From a virus, in the IMG/VR virus record IMGVR_UViG_3300045988_162372: a stretch of 64,000 nucleotides of DNA; one strand, given 5' to 3'. Positions 47,518-54,311 of this stretch are shown one piece after another. The position numbers and the translations under genes were made by a program. The stretch's first letter is position 1. Every line of letters starts with the position of its first letter. The notes under the pieces were generated by a model, which worked only from the letters and a program-made list of their open reading frames with translations, made no database searches and was not told where the DNA came from.

Positions 47518-48258
47518 CTATTTCCAAAAACAGTATAAACAAGAATTTTCACATCTATGTGGTTTACCTCTCAACAATTCAGTTTTATTTGCAGGACAAT
47601 GACAAGATTTTCTCTGTTCTTTATTACCAACCAATGTGATTTTCTCCTTAAGTCCTAATATATCAATGTCTTTTTGCGATAAACAAGAAATGCTTTCAAT
47701 ATCAGGCTCTCCGCATACCTCCACATCAAAATTGAAATTGCTCCCGTAAGCCTTTAATATTTTATATATTTCAAGTCTGTCCTGCAAAGGGGCGTGAAAT
47801 GTGTCATAAGGTATCGGTAATCCTTTATCAGTGAATCTTTCTTTGACGTGTTTGTACATATCAAGAATTGAAAATCTAACCCTTGTTATCTTATCACCTT
47901 TAAATGCTTCAATTACATTTATCATTGTTTGTTTTCCTTTTTCAGTAGGAATACAAGGATCAATTCTCAAGACTACTTGACTAATAGGAAATCCTTTTTC
48001 TATTAACTGTAAAAATTTCTCATGTGTTTGCTCAATAGTAGGAACAAATGGCTCAAGAACAGTAGAACCATAACCCGTACAAGTAAGATGAAGAATTATT
48101 TTATCTTTATTTTCAATCAATTTCTCAATCAGTTTATCCGTTAGGCGTTTTGTGATAATAATATTGCAATCATACAAATTATCAAACGCTGACAAGTTAA
48201 ATGCTATCTCACCTGCTTCGGTGATTCCACATCTTTGTGTTTTATCTGCTATTGCCAT
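47518..48258 (-). CDS. DUF1848-like protein
   Basis: 246 aa with a C-terminal Cys cluster CHCPANK...HRCENSCLYCFW. Confidence 0.4.
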   Translation of the reverse strand: MAIADKTQRCGITEAGEIAFNLSAFDNLYDCNIIITKRLTDKLIEKLIENKDKIILHLTCTGYGSTVLEPFVPTIEQTHEKFLQLIEKGFPISQVVLRIDPCIPTEKGKQTMINVIEAFKGDKITRVRFSILDMYKHVKERFTDKGLPIPYDTFHAPLQDRLEIYKILKAYGSNFNFDVEVCGEPDIESISCLSQKDIDILGLKEKITLVGNKEQRKSCHCPANKTELLRGKPHRCENSCLYCFWK

Positions 48259-48278
48259 ATTAATAGAAATTAGTGTAT

Positions 48279-49253
48279 TTAAAACATGCAGCTTCCTTCC
48301 ATTGTATCCAAAATAGAGAAGTTAGTTGGGATAACAATAGGCATCTTCTTACGTTTAAAATCGCTTTTCACGTAACGGGAAACAACTTTATCTACCATTT
48401 CCTTATTATATTTCTCGTACAATTTCTCGATATAACTTGTAAAAGAGCTTGCATCACTAAAATAAACAACCGTTTGAAGAATGTCATCCACTTGGTTATA
48501 ATTATCCGCACCTATCTGTTCCAAATCACTGTTTGAAATTCCAAGACCGTCTGTAGGAGTAAGTCTGATGGATGCCCACAATGCATTATACATCTTTTCA
48601 TATGTATGAGACAAAGTGATATCATCATCTATAAGATTTTCCGCTTTCTTTTTGTATTCATATGCGATATATTTCGCCAACTGATATACTTCAGTTTTCC
48701 ATAAACCTCCAATAGGATTGAAATCCCCTTGATCCCCGTGAATTGTGAAGAAACCAAGATAATGTTCTGTGAGGTTATCTGTATCAATGACAAGACCCTT
48801 ATTGATACCTGCCAAATTGTACAAATAAGTCATTCTAAGACGTGCTTGAATATTACCATTTGCAATAGGTGTCTGATTTTCGGATCTATCTTCAATACCC
48901 TTATACGAGAAACCCTTTACTTTTTTATCTTCTTCATGCTCTACTATTTCCCCAAGCATATTTTCGTAAATCCATGAAAGATTTACAACACGAAAATCAT
49001 CGCAAAATGCGTTACCTACAAGTTTTGAAGCATCATATTCTTCACTATGCATTACTTGATTTTTAATAGGAAGACTTCTACCAATAAATTTAATTTGTCG
49101 ATTACTCCTTAGTGACACCTCATGACAAATGGCGGCACAAACTGTTGAATCAATACCACCACTAATACCTAACACCATAGAATCTAAGCCGTTTGACACA
49201 ATGTAATTTTCAGTGGTCTCAATCAAGTGTTCAAATACTTTGCTATTTTCCAT
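48279..49253 (-). CDS. nadE: NAD+ synthetase (NadE-like, PP-loop ATPase)
   Basis: SGGIDS PP-loop in LGISGGIDSTV. Start moved to MENSKVF because the track start abuts the -7 box at 49283-49290. Confidence 0.7.
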   Translation of the reverse strand: MENSKVFEHLIETTENYIVSNGLDSMVLGISGGIDSTVCAAICHEVSLRSNRQIKFIGRSLPIKNQVMHSEEYDASKLVGNAFCDDFRVVNLSWIYENMLGEIVEHEEDKKVKGFSYKGIEDRSENQTPIANGNIQARLRMTYLYNLAGINKGLVIDTDNLTEHYLGFFTIHGDQGDFNPIGGLWKTEVYQLAKYIAYEYKKKAENLIDDDITLSHTYEKMYNALWASIRLTPTDGLGISNSDLEQIGADNYNQVDDILQTVVYFSDASSFTSYIEKLYEKYNKEMVDKVVSRYVKSDFKRKKMPIVIPTNFSILDTMEGSCMF

Positions 49254-49282
49254 AATTTTTTGTATTACTAATTTAGACACTG

Positions 49283-49290
49283 CAAAGATA
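49283..49290 (-). promoter_or_regulatory. Bacteroidetes -7 promoter box
   Basis: caaagata, 30 nt upstream of ATG 49253. Confidence 0.55.
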
Positions 49291-49334
49291 CGGTAATGTT
49301 CTTATATCTCCAAATAAATAATAATTAATTTTTG

Positions 49335-49697
49335 TTAATTTGATAACAATTTTTTAATATCAAAATTCTTTACCTTAACAGCAATAACTACACCAATATC
49401 TTTCATTACATAGATACGACAATAAGCGAACTTCGGTTGAAGTACCTTTTCCACCTCATATTTAAAATCATTGAATACATTAAGGATATCTGCTTTCTTT
49501 GCCTTAATAGCTTTCTTGTCATCAACATCTAATGCAAATTGACAATATTCAAAATCATCCATATCATAAGATTTTTTATCTTGGTTACTTGCCTCAATCA
49601 CAAATCCCTCATCTTCGATAAGATTATAAGTAGTGAATAACATCTTTTTAAATGGATTATTTAACAATTGTTCCATTAATTTATTTTTCGTAATCAT
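49335..49697 (-). CDS. hypothetical protein
   Basis: 120 aa ORF. Confidence 0.5.
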   Translation of the reverse strand: MITKNKLMEQLLNNPFKKMLFTTYNLIEDEGFVIEASNQDKKSYDMDDFEYCQFALDVDDKKAIKAKKADILNVFNDFKYEVEKVLQPKFAYCRIYVMKDIGVVIAVKVKNFDIKKLLSN

Positions 49698-49816
49698 GTC
49701 ATTAAAATTTTTATCTAATTTATTATTCTATTAAAAATAAAACAAACGCAAAACAAAATAATTGCTCTGCGTTCAAAATCCTTTTTGACATATTGGAATA
49801 CTTAACTTATTTTAAG

Positions 49817-49887
49817 TTGCGGCACCATGAATCGAACATGGATCTGAAGATTATGAGTCTCCCGCTTTACCTTTGAGCTATACCGCA
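49817..49887 (-). tRNA. tRNA-Met or Ile2 (anticodon CAT), elongator type
   Basis: Acceptor TGCGGTA/TGCCGCA, anticodon arm GGAGA-CTCATAA-TCTTC, T arm CCATG-TTCGATT-CATGG. No encoded CCA. Confidence 0.8.
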
Positions 49888-49935
49888 ATTTCTATTATAA
49901 ATAGTACATATCTCTAAAAATACTTTTTTTCTAAG

Positions 49936-50007
49936 CGGTCTATAAGAGAGTCGAACTCTTGTCTTAGCATCGACAGTGCCACATCCTAACCGTTGAACGA
50001 ATAGACC
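49936..50007 (-). tRNA. tRNA-Asp (GTC)
   Basis: Acceptor GGTCTAT/ATAGACC, anticodon loop CTGTCGA, T loop TTCGACT. Confidence 0.8.
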
Positions 50008-50009
50008 AA

Positions 50010-50152
50010 ATTAAGCAGAGAAAGGGTTAAGTTGGTGTCTTATAAACGATTATTACTGGAATCGAACCAGTTACCCTATATACCCAAAATATATGCTCTA
50101 ACCTAATGAGCTAAACAATCCGAAGTAACCAACTTTGTCACTACTGCTTTAT
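50010..50152 (-). ncRNA. clamp module A: bipartite leader/trailer stem enclosing tRNA-Pro
   Basis: Leader ATAAAGCAG-TAGTGA-CAAAGTTGGT-TACTTCG. Trailer ACCAACTT-AACCCTTTCT-CTGCTTAAT. The two helices (8 bp, and 8 of 9 bp) flank the conserved loop. Confidence 0.6.
50047..50120 (-). tRNA. tRNA-Pro (TGG)
   Basis: Acceptor GATTGTT/AATAATC (one G-U pair), D arm GCTC-ATTAGGTTA-GAGC, anticodon arm TATAT-TTTGGGT-ATATA, T arm ACTGG-TTCGATT-CCAGT. Confidence 0.8.
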
Positions 50153-50162
50153 ATTTTAAATA

Positions 50163-50283
50163 AACTCAAAGAAAATTAAGACAGCGTTTTGATTTCGACA
50201 GGAATCGAACCTGTAACACAAACCTTGGAAGGGTTTTTATCTACCATTGATATACGAAGTATCTGTCTTCTCACTATTGAGTT
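50163..50283 (-). ncRNA. clamp module D: bipartite stem enclosing a tRNA-Gly-like body
   Basis: Leader AACTCAA-TAGTGA-GAAGACAG-ATACTTCG. Trailer CTGTCTT-AATTTTCT-TTGAGTT. Both helices are 7 bp. Confidence 0.6.
50190..50261 (-). tRNA. tRNA-Gly (TCC)-like with a defective acceptor stem
   Basis: D arm TATC-AATGGTA-GATA, anticodon arm AAACC-CTTCCAA-GGTTT, T arm ACAGG-TTCGATT-CCTGT, 3' acceptor CGAAATC. The only 5' partner is the clamp's conserved TACTTCG (5 of 7 pairs). Confidence 0.5.
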
Positions 50284-50306
50284 ATCTCTTTATTTCTTTC
50301 ACATTG

Positions 50307-50314
50307 CAAATGTA
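50307..50314 (-). promoter_or_regulatory. Bacteroidetes -7 promoter box for the distal tRNA cluster
   Basis: caaatgta (TACATTTG on the - strand), 24 nt upstream of module D. Confidence 0.5.
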
Positions 50315-50458
50315 CAACTTTATTTCGAAACTACCAAATATTTTCCAAACTTTTTACAAAAAAAAATCAATCATCTTAATTTATATGATTGAATTTCATA
50401 AGTAACCATTAATGTTAATTCTTAACTTCCCCACCCTCAAACAGAAATTGGAGCATCT

Positions 50459-50551
50459 TTAATTCCAATTTCCGTACTTCATTATTCTTTCACCGTTAAT
50501 GACCATTCCCTCATATATGAGGTTAAGGACTTTCTTAATTACCTTCTTCAT
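50459..50551 (-). CDS. possible micro-ORF (30 aa)
   Basis: Hand-translated MKKVIKKVLNLIYEGMVINGERIMKYGNWN. Its ATG overlaps the stop of the upstream micro-ORF (TCATGA). Confidence 0.2.
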   Translation of the reverse strand: MKKVIKKVLNLIYEGMVINGERIMKYGNWN

Positions 50552-50691
50552 GACTTCTTCGAAATTGAATAATTATCATAAATGTAAGGCGGTATTGTAC
50601 AACTAGGATATATGCAGTTATTAGCATATTGTTTAAAATACCATTTCACGGCTCTTTTTGTTAAATTAAACATCTTTTTCATAACTTTCAT
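50548..50691 (-). CDS. possible small ORF (47 aa)
   Basis: Hand-translated MKVMKKMFNLTKRAVKWYFKQYANNCIYPSCTIPPYIYDNYSISKKS. Confidence 0.25.
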   Translation of the reverse strand: MKVMKKMFNLTKRAVKWYFKQYANNCIYPSCTIPPYIYDNYSISKKS

Positions 50692-50841
50692 CTTTTAAGA
50701 ATTAAATTAAATTATTATTAAAGTCTACATTTTCATTCATTACACCAATAAATATATGTCATTCATAAAAAATATGTTAAATAACATATTTTATTGATAC
50801 AAATCAATAAGACTAAAATAATGAATTATTATTTATTCTTG

Positions 50842-50928
50842 CGGAGAGCGGTGTACTCGAAACACAGACAAGCATTATGTCCGAAGCAACTTAGCAGGTT
50901 GTCCCTACACCTCGTAGGTTCACTCTCC
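50842..50928 (-). tRNA. tRNA-Ser (GCT), long variable arm
   Basis: Acceptor GGAGAGT/GCTCTCC, anticodon loop CTGCTAA, long variable region, T loop TTCGAGT. Some stems are imperfect. Confidence 0.65.
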
Positions 50929-51066
50929 AAAAATGACAGTTCCTATCCACACCCTAACTGTCAAAGGATAACTGGGATACGCTCAGTACAAGGTTTTCGA
51001 CTTGTTATCAACAAGACCTCAGTGTTACGTTGCTCCGTCTAACTAGTATTGTAGAGCTTCATGTTG

Positions 51067-51154
51067 CGGAGGCGGAAGGATTCGAACCTTCGGTACGCTC
51101 ATCACGCACGACGGTTTTCAAGACCGTTGCATTAAACCACTCTGCCACACCTCC
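51067..51154 (-). tRNA. tRNA-Ser (TGA), long variable arm
   Basis: Acceptor GGAGGTG/CGCCTCC, anticodon arm ACGGT-CTTGAAA-ACCGT, T arm GAAGG-TTCGAAT-CCTTC. Confidence 0.85.
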
Positions 51155-51370
51155 AATTTTACGCTGCCAATAGATAAACAGCTTACAGATATTCATCTAG
51201 TTTTTCTTCTACGTTTCAAAAACTTGATACTCGCCTGTTTCCTCACATTAACTAAAAACTACGTTCAGAGTAACGTTACCTCTCTATATCCGACAATTAA
51301 GGGTGTCAGAACATACCATACATTTTTGTAACTGTGCAATGTATAAAACATCCAGGTTCTCTATTTTATA

Positions 51371-51444
51371 GGGGGAAAGGTAGGAGTCAAACCTACTTCT
51401 GAAGAGCCACAATCTTCCATTCTAATCGTTGAACTACAATCCCC
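51371..51444 (-). tRNA. tRNA-His (GTG) with encoded G-1
   Basis: Anticodon arm GAAGA-TTGTGGC-TCTTC, T arm GTAGG-TTTGACT-CCTAC, an extra 5' G opposite C73. Two U-U mismatches in the acceptor stem. Confidence 0.6.
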
Positions 51445-51470
51445 ATATTAACTTTCTTTATCTCATTATG

Positions 51471-51541
51471 AGGCTCGTATTGGAGTTAAACCAATTTAAA
51501 CGGTTTTGCAGACCGCTGCATGTTCGACCTGCCCACGAGCC
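51471..51541 (-). tRNA. tRNA-Cys (GCA)
   Basis: Perfect acceptor GGCTCGT/ACGAGCC, U73, anticodon arm GCGGT-CTGCAAA-ACCGT, T arm ATTGG-TTTAACT-CCAAT. Atypical D arm. Confidence 0.7.
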
Positions 51542-51552
51542 ATTTTGTTAAG

Positions 51553-51625
51553 CATAGGCGGCACGACTCGAACATGCGACCAATGGTTTTGGAGACCATG
51601 ATTCTACCAACTGAATTACGCCTAT
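51553..51625 (-). tRNA. tRNA-Trp (CCA)
   Basis: Acceptor ATAGGCG/CGCCTAT, anticodon arm ATGGT-CTCCAAA-ACCAT, T arm GCATG-TTCGAGT-CGTGC. Confidence 0.8.
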
Positions 51626-51816
51626 GTATTAAATGTATTTTAAATAGAAATAACAGCTTGCTGCCCTTATTAATGCCTTACTCCGCAAGATAATAAAATT
51701 ATGTTTGAAATTAGGAAAGGAGGTAAATTGTATTCAAACATCTCGATTTTCACCTGATAGGGAGGATGACTTTAATTTGCAACCTATCAAAACATTATCG
51801 GCTTATTATTCTTCTG

Positions 51817-52290
51817 TTATTCTATTGTGATTGAAATCTTCTCACCTATTTCATGTACTTCTGTTAATTTTTCCATCAGCTCATGAAAGGTTGCTGTTGA
51901 ATTGACAACTTGCCCTTTGATTTTATTTTGACCAACAAGTAAACAGCCTAATGTATCTTCTGGCTTATTCCCAACATGGATTAAAACACCTTCATAACCA
52001 GGAACATTCATCAATCTTGGCAACTTTCCATCATAAGGTTTTGCCCAACTTCTATCTTTGAATTTAGGGCTTACAACATCCATATTGATTTCATAAGTTC
52101 CTGTCGGAATTGCTGTTTGACCATATACTTTCTTTTTCTTGATTTCCTCAATGGCCATATCGTTGGATAAACCTCTATCAACATCTTCAAGAGTGTCACA
52201 TTCGTAAACACCATCAACATACAATTTACCAATGGTATAAGTTTTTTGTTTTGCTATTCGTTTAAGTAATAATTTCATATTGCCATTCAT
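51817..52290 (-). CDS. DUF5675-like phage protein
   Basis: 157 aa. KRIAKQKTYTIGKLYVDGVYECDTLEDVDRGL and GCLLVG match my memory of this phage family. It is embedded in the tRNA island. Confidence 0.45.
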   Translation of the reverse strand: MNGNMKLLLKRIAKQKTYTIGKLYVDGVYECDTLEDVDRGLSNDMAIEEIKKKKVYGQTAIPTGTYEINMDVVSPKFKDRSWAKPYDGKLPRLMNVPGYEGVLIHVGNKPEDTLGCLLVGQNKIKGQVVNSTATFHELMEKLTEVHEIGEKISITIE

Positions 52291-52333
52291 TTTTTTTTTT
52301 GATTATTAATAAATAGCACTATGAAATCGAAAG

Positions 52334-52407
52334 TGTACCCACCGTGACTCGAACACGGGACTCTCACATTAAAAGTGTGATACTCTAACCAACTGAGTTA
52401 TGGATAC
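52334..52407 (-). tRNA. tRNA-Lys (TTT)
   Basis: Acceptor GTATCCA/TGGGTAC, D arm ACTC-AGTTGGTTA-GAGT, anticodon arm TCACA-CTTTTAA-TGTGA, T arm CCGTG-TTCGAGT-CACGG, A73. Confidence 0.85.
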
Positions 52408-52413
52408 TTATTG

Positions 52414-52487
52414 TGGAGCGTGTGAGACTCAAACTCACGACCTTCTGAGTGCAAATCAGATGCTCTCGTCAACTGAGCTAACGCCCC
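52414..52487 (-). tRNA. tRNA-Ala (TGC)
   Basis: Acceptor GGGGCGT/ACGCTCC with the G3-U70 identity pair. Anticodon loop TTTGCAC. Confidence 0.85.
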
Positions 52488-52496
52488 AAGGGGTTG

Positions 52497-52583
52497 TAGC
52501 CGAAGCGGGACTCGAACCCAGCACGGACATTACTGCCCAAGGGATTTTAAGTCCCTCATGTCTACCTATTCCATCATTCGGCC
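52497..52583 (-). tRNA. tRNA-Leu (TAA), long variable arm
   Basis: Acceptor GGCCGAA/TTCGGCT, anticodon arm AGGGA-CTTAAAA-TCCCT, T loop TTCGAGT, A73. Confidence 0.8.
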
Positions 52584-52593
52584 AAATTATATA

Positions 52594-52911
52594 TTAGAAA
52601 TACATATATTCAAATTCTTCATTCAATGGTATATTCTTACCTATTAAATCAGAACGTCTTATTTTTCTTCCTAATCCTTCTTCCATACATTTATAACAAA
52701 GATATAAATGTTCGTCTTCGATATTGCTCATTCTATATCCTGCTCTTACATGATGTTCTTCATATCTTTGTTCCGCTTCTTTTTCATATTTTTCAAGATT
52801 TAATTTTTTAACCACCTCTTTCCACCTGTTATCATTCAACATTGGAGATTGGCAATCACCATATAAAAATTTTCTGCCACAATTTTTGCATATACATACT
52901 GAACTTTTCAT
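52594..52911 (-). CDS. small zinc-ribbon protein
   Basis: Start moved to MKSSVCICKNCGRK, because the track start would overlap tRNA-Thr. Second Cys pair: CYKC. Confidence 0.5.
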   Translation of the reverse strand: MKSSVCICKNCGRKFLYGDCQSPMLNDNRWKEVVKKLNLEKYEKEAEQRYEEHHVRAGYRMSNIEDEHLYLCYKCMEEGLGRKIRRSDLIGKNIPLNEEFEYMYF

Positions 52912-52932
52912 ATTTTTTAATCTATTGATTTG

Positions 52933-53006
52933 AGCCTCTGGTCGGGTATGATCCGACAACCTCCTGATTACAAATCAGGTGCAACTACCAATTGTGCTAC
53001 AGAGGC
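52933..53006 (-). tRNA. tRNA-Thr (TGT)
   Basis: Perfect acceptor GCCTCTG/CAGAGGC, anticodon arm CCTGA-TTTGTAA-TCAGG. The T arm GTCGG-ATCATAC-CCGAC has an unusual loop. Confidence 0.7.
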
Positions 53007-53011
53007 AATTA

Positions 53012-53096
53012 AAGATAAAGAAAATCATCAAGAGTTTTGTAAAGTTCCATAATTCTCATATTTTTCACGAAGTATCTCTTGAATCACTATTATCTT
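53012..53096 (-). ncRNA. clamp module E: bipartite stem with only a 33-nt non-tRNA insert
   Basis: Leader AAGATAA-TAGTGA-TTCAAGAG-ATACTTCG. Trailer CTCTTGA-TGATTTTCT-TTATCTT. Both helices are 7 bp. Confidence 0.55.
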
Positions 53097-53106
53097 ATAT
53101 TTTTAA

Positions 53107-53230
53107 GGATAGAAGTTGGATTCCAACCAACAAACCGCACTTACCACGAGCTTCACGACCATGCTCTCGACTTTGCATTTCTGCTTTCAGATGAACTGTC
53201 ATTAGGTCGTTTTACCATCATTTTCTATCC
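53107..53230 (-). ncRNA. 124-nt tRNA-like RNA of unusual architecture
   Basis: Perfect 8-bp terminal stem GGATAGAA/TTCTATCC. A T-arm-like hairpin GTTGG-TTGGAAT-CCAAC abuts the 3' strand, with a D-arm-like GCTC-GTGGTAA-GTGC just upstream. A 6-bp helix ACGACC/GGTCGT encloses 44 nt. Confidence 0.45.
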
Positions 53231-53236
53231 TCTTTG

Positions 53237-53308
53237 TACTCGGTACGAGAATCGAACTCGTATTTTAAGAATGAAAATCTTACGTCCTAACCGTTAGACG
53301 AACCGAGC
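53237..53308 (-). tRNA. tRNA-Glu (TTC)
   Basis: Acceptor GCTCGGT/ACCGAGT, anticodon arm TAAGA-TTTTCAT-TCTTA, T arm ACGAG-TTCGATT-CTCGT. Confidence 0.8.
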
Positions 53309-53445
53309 ATAAAAATCAACCTTTTTACATTGATATATTAGGTTAAATGCGCACTTCCTATATTACCAAGAGGTAAACGTTTGATTAGGTTACTCGCAAA
53401 CCCGTAGAGAACATCCAATCCTCGCTGTCTCTCTTTTCCGCAGCG

Positions 53446-53530
53446 TTGGGGTGGTGAGATTCGAACTCACTCAGCCTTTACGACAACAGATTTACAGTCT
53501 GTCCCAGCTCTCCCACTCTGGCGCACCCCA
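53446..53530 (-). tRNA. tRNA-Tyr (GTA), long variable arm
   Basis: Perfect acceptor TGGGGTG/CACCCCA, anticodon arm ACAGA-CTGTAAA-TCTGT, T arm GTGAG-TTCGAAT-CTCAC. Confidence 0.85.
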
Positions 53531-53540
53531 ATTTATTTAG

Positions 53541-53614
53541 TAGGCATACTTGGACTTGAACCAAGGATCTCTACATTATCAGTGTAACGATTTAACCAAC
53601 TAATCTATATGCCT
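53541..53614 (-). tRNA. tRNA-Ile (GAT)
   Basis: Acceptor AGGCATA/TATGCCT, anticodon loop CTGATAA, T arm CTTGG-TTCAAGT-CCAAG. Confidence 0.8.
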
Positions 53615-53997
53615 ATAAATTTTATTAATATTGTAAGCAAGGCACAGGTTTGTCTACAAGCCTAACCACTAATACCTACACCCTTATGGTCTTACCACTT
53701 GGACTTGTTTTCTGCATGGAATAATCCACCGTTTTTAGTTTCAACTTACAATATTAATAAGCATAGCCTTTGTTATTCTTTTTACAGTGTCTATATCGTA
53801 TTATTGGTAACTCGTTCGACCATGACTAACCAACTATATTTTTCTAACCAAATAATACGCTTAATTATAAAATGATAACATTAACGTAGTATATTTACCA
53901 CTCTATAATACGACTTAACTGTCAATTATAAATTATACATATATACACACCATAACTACGTCTTTCAGTGATGAAGTTTCACTGCCCTATTGTGTTG
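53615..53997 (-). ncRNA. ORF-free structured spacer with three stem-closed domains
   Basis: Closing helices: ttaatattgtaag/cttacaatattaa (53626-53758, 13 bp), cgtattatt-gg/ccaaataatacg (53797-53859, about 12 bp), acgtagt/actacgt (53884-53961, 7 bp). Confidence 0.35.
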
Positions 53998-54072
53998 TGG
54001 ACATTCCTTGAATCGAACAAGGTTAAATGGATTTTCAGTCCATCGCAATATCACCAGACCTGCCCAATGTCC
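53998..54072 (-). tRNA. tRNA-Phe (GAA)
   Basis: Perfect acceptor GGACATT/AATGTCC, anticodon arm ATGGA-CTGAAAA-TCCAT, T arm CCTTG-TTCGATT-CAAGG. Confidence 0.85.
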
Positions 54073-54083
54073 TTAAAAAATAA

Positions 54084-54230
54084 ATGTAAAGAGAACAATT
54101 AAAGTTTGTGTTAAAATTAAAAGTTCTGCAAACTTTCGTGTATACCATTTCACCACATATCCGAAAATTGAGGATATGGTCGGAATCGAACCGACAAAAT
54201 CGAAGTAACAAACTTTTCACTACTTTACAT
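54084..54230 (-). ncRNA. clamp module B enclosing a circularly permuted tRNA-Cys(GCA)-like body
   Basis: - strand order: leader ATGTAAAG-TAGTGA-AAAGTTTGT-TACTTCG; ATTTT; T arm GTCGG-TTCGATT-CCGAC; 3' acceptor CATATCC; 9-nt loop TCAATTTTC; 5' acceptor GGATATG; D arm GTGA-AATGGTAT-ACAC; anticodon arm AAAGT-TTGCAGA-ACTTT; trailer ACAAACTTT-AATTGTTCT-CTTTACAT. Confidence 0.6.
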
Positions 54231-54232
54231 AG

Positions 54233-54304
54233 AGCAGGTGAACAGAATCGAACTGTCATCCTCTGCTTGGAAGGCAGACGCACTAACCGTTGTGCTACAC
54301 CTGC
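54233..54304 (-). tRNA. tRNA-Gly (TCC)
   Basis: Perfect acceptor GCAGGTG/CACCTGC, anticodon arm TCTGC-CTTCCAA-GCAGA, T arm GACAG-TTCGATT-CTGTT. Confidence 0.85.
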
Positions 54305-54311
54305 AAAAAAT

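Noticed and set aside
53107-53230. Selenocysteine tRNA, suggested by the 8-bp acceptor plus 5-bp T-stem geometry
   Set aside because: At 124 nt it is far too long. There is no UCA anticodon arm and no 6-bp D stem.
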